Assembly: GCA_030390025.1 (NCBI GenBank)
Contig: CM059431.1
Coordinates: forward strand, 111,168,001-111,232,000
Length of the DNA stretch: 64,000 bases
From: Squalus acanthias
Taxonomy: Eukaryota
Reading direction: 5' to 3'
Below the pieces are notes generated by a model. That model ran no database searches. It had not been told where the DNA came from and saw only the letters and a program-made list of their open reading frames with translations. Shown here piece by piece: positions 62,517 through 64,000 of the stretch. The position numbers were made by a program, and so were the translations under genes. The number at the start of each line of letters is the position of its first letter. The first letter of the stretch is position 1.

Positions 62517-62784
62517 GGCCCCAATTTTAACTCCAGGTGGATTCCCCGCTCAGGCCTGAGTTAAAATTACAGTCGGGTCTCAATGATGTCATCGGGCAGC
62601 AACATGCCTGTGTAAAGAAGGACCCTGTTGGCTCCGGGCGCGTGTTCTTGCTGCCCGCTCAGAAGAGCAGGTTAAAATTGCAGATGTTGCGATCGTGGCG
62701 GCTTTTAGACAGGTAAGAGCCAGGGCGATTTTAACTGCCCACCCACCAGGTTTCTGCTGAGCGAGTAGGGTTAAAATCACCCCT
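62517..62784. mobile_element. Small MITE (268 bp)
   Basis: Imperfect TIR GGCCCCAATTTTAAC / GTTAAAATCACCCCT; apparent TSD GTT. Confidence 0.6.
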
Positions 62785-63407
62785 GTTTCTACTACATGGA
62801 GGTTGGTGAAATTTTTTTTTAAATTTTTAAAATGTTATTTCAGCCTCAAAAGCTTTGATGCAGGTCGATAGTATGTCACATATTGTAGAGTCCCATATAA
62901 TATCAGGTGAGTGATGTAGGACCTCATCGAATTCTGACTTATTTTGGTAGTGAAATATAAAAACAAACTATTCTTTGAATATAGAGCAAAGATCTTCTAA
63001 ATCTATGTTGTAGCATAAATTGTTACTACTCTAACAGTATTAGTAATAGTGTGTCAAATTATTTAGAAAATCTACCCTTTCTTCAAGCAGATCTTTGTCA
63101 AAAAAATCTTACTTATAGAACATAAAATATTGCACTCCTCATTGATGCTAATTATAATAAAGAACACCAAAGATCAGTTAACCAAATAAATAGTATGCCG
63201 CACTTATTTACATAGATTTTATTGCGCCTACAAGACAGTAAGTATTGTGTCTAATGGACACTAAATTATAGCAGATTATATGTTGGAATAGAGGATAGAG
63301 AGCTTCTTTGTTGTGTGTGCTTTACACATAATATTTTATTCAGTGTTTACAGAGTGCGTGAATCGAACTTAAATTGCACATTTTAGACTAAAGCTGCAGA
63401 GAGTAGT

Positions 63408-63500
63408 TACATAAAATTTACAGCACAGAAACAAGCCATTTGGCCCAACAGCTCCATGTCAGTGTTTATGCTCCACACAAGCCTCCTCCCACTCTACTTC
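63408..63500 (-). mobile_element. Old CR1 3' tail fragment interrupted by a MITE
   Basis: Similar to 21450-21571. Confidence 0.55.
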
Positions 63501-64000
63501 GGGCTGGATTTTATCAATGGAGACATGCTGGAGGCGTGACTTCTGATTTCTGGGTTCTAGCCCTGCCCCCAGCGACGTCTGACCAACCCACGCTATTTTC
63601 CCTTGATTGGCATACCGGCCAATTAAGGGAAAGCTGGTGACAGATGACATCAGCGTATGACGCTTCATCTGTCAAAAATGTTTTGACAGACGAATTGTCA
63701 GTGTTTGACAGCTTTGAGAAGCTGTCAAACACTGAAAATCTCTGTTCTAAGGTGAGCCCTTGCACAGAAGGCTCACCAAGACCTCTCTCCTCAGCAGAAA
63801 GTAGAGGGCTGCTGCATCTGAGAATGCAGCAGCCATTCTGTCATCTCTGCCATTGAGATGAGGCACCTCCGGATCCTCAACGGTTGAAGCCTGCCGAAAG
63901 AAGCAAAGGTAAGGAAACTTTTTCCAACACGTTACGCTCACCTCTCATAGTTACCTGTCCACACTTGCAACCATCACTCACCTCTACAGCTGACATTTCG
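63501..64000 (+). mobile_element. Harbinger MITE (hairpin family), runs off window end
   Basis: Starts GGGCTGGATTTT; collinear with 45944 onward. Confidence 0.85.

Noticed and set aside
1..64000. CRISPR arrays, prokaryotic operons, genuine tRNA or rRNA genes
   Set aside because: No repeat-spacer arrays or operons; tRNA-like motifs occur only as SINE heads; most short ORFs in the track are antisense or off-frame shadows of transposable elements.

Overview
Eukaryotic, repeat-dominated window, most likely from a cartilaginous fish (shark). That assignment is an inference from the SacSINE1/DeuSINE-like SINEs, abundant CR1 LINEs with an esterase ORF1, and Penelope-derived palindromes. No prokaryotic genes, rRNA, tRNA genes or CRISPR arrays were found. 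The main structure is a PIF/Harbinger DNA-transposon ecosystem. Three large two-gene elements each carry a DDE transposase and a convergent three-exon Myb/SANT gene. Copy 1 has an intact 415-aa transposase; copy 2 has a Myb gene with a single frameshift. Two diverged deletion derivatives and about ten MITEs share 12-bp TIRs (GGGCTGGATTTT-like), 3-bp TSDs and a palindromic target preference (RANNC-nnn-GNNTY). The same ~1-kb transposase-core deletion, at a 9-bp direct repeat, appears in two distinct lineages. Three Penelope-related insertions carry minimal hammerhead ribozymes with covarying stems. There are two deep nested-insertion stacks. A few unique islands hold candidate host exons on the minus strand (best 37645-37814) and CNE-like sequence; I could not identify the host gene.
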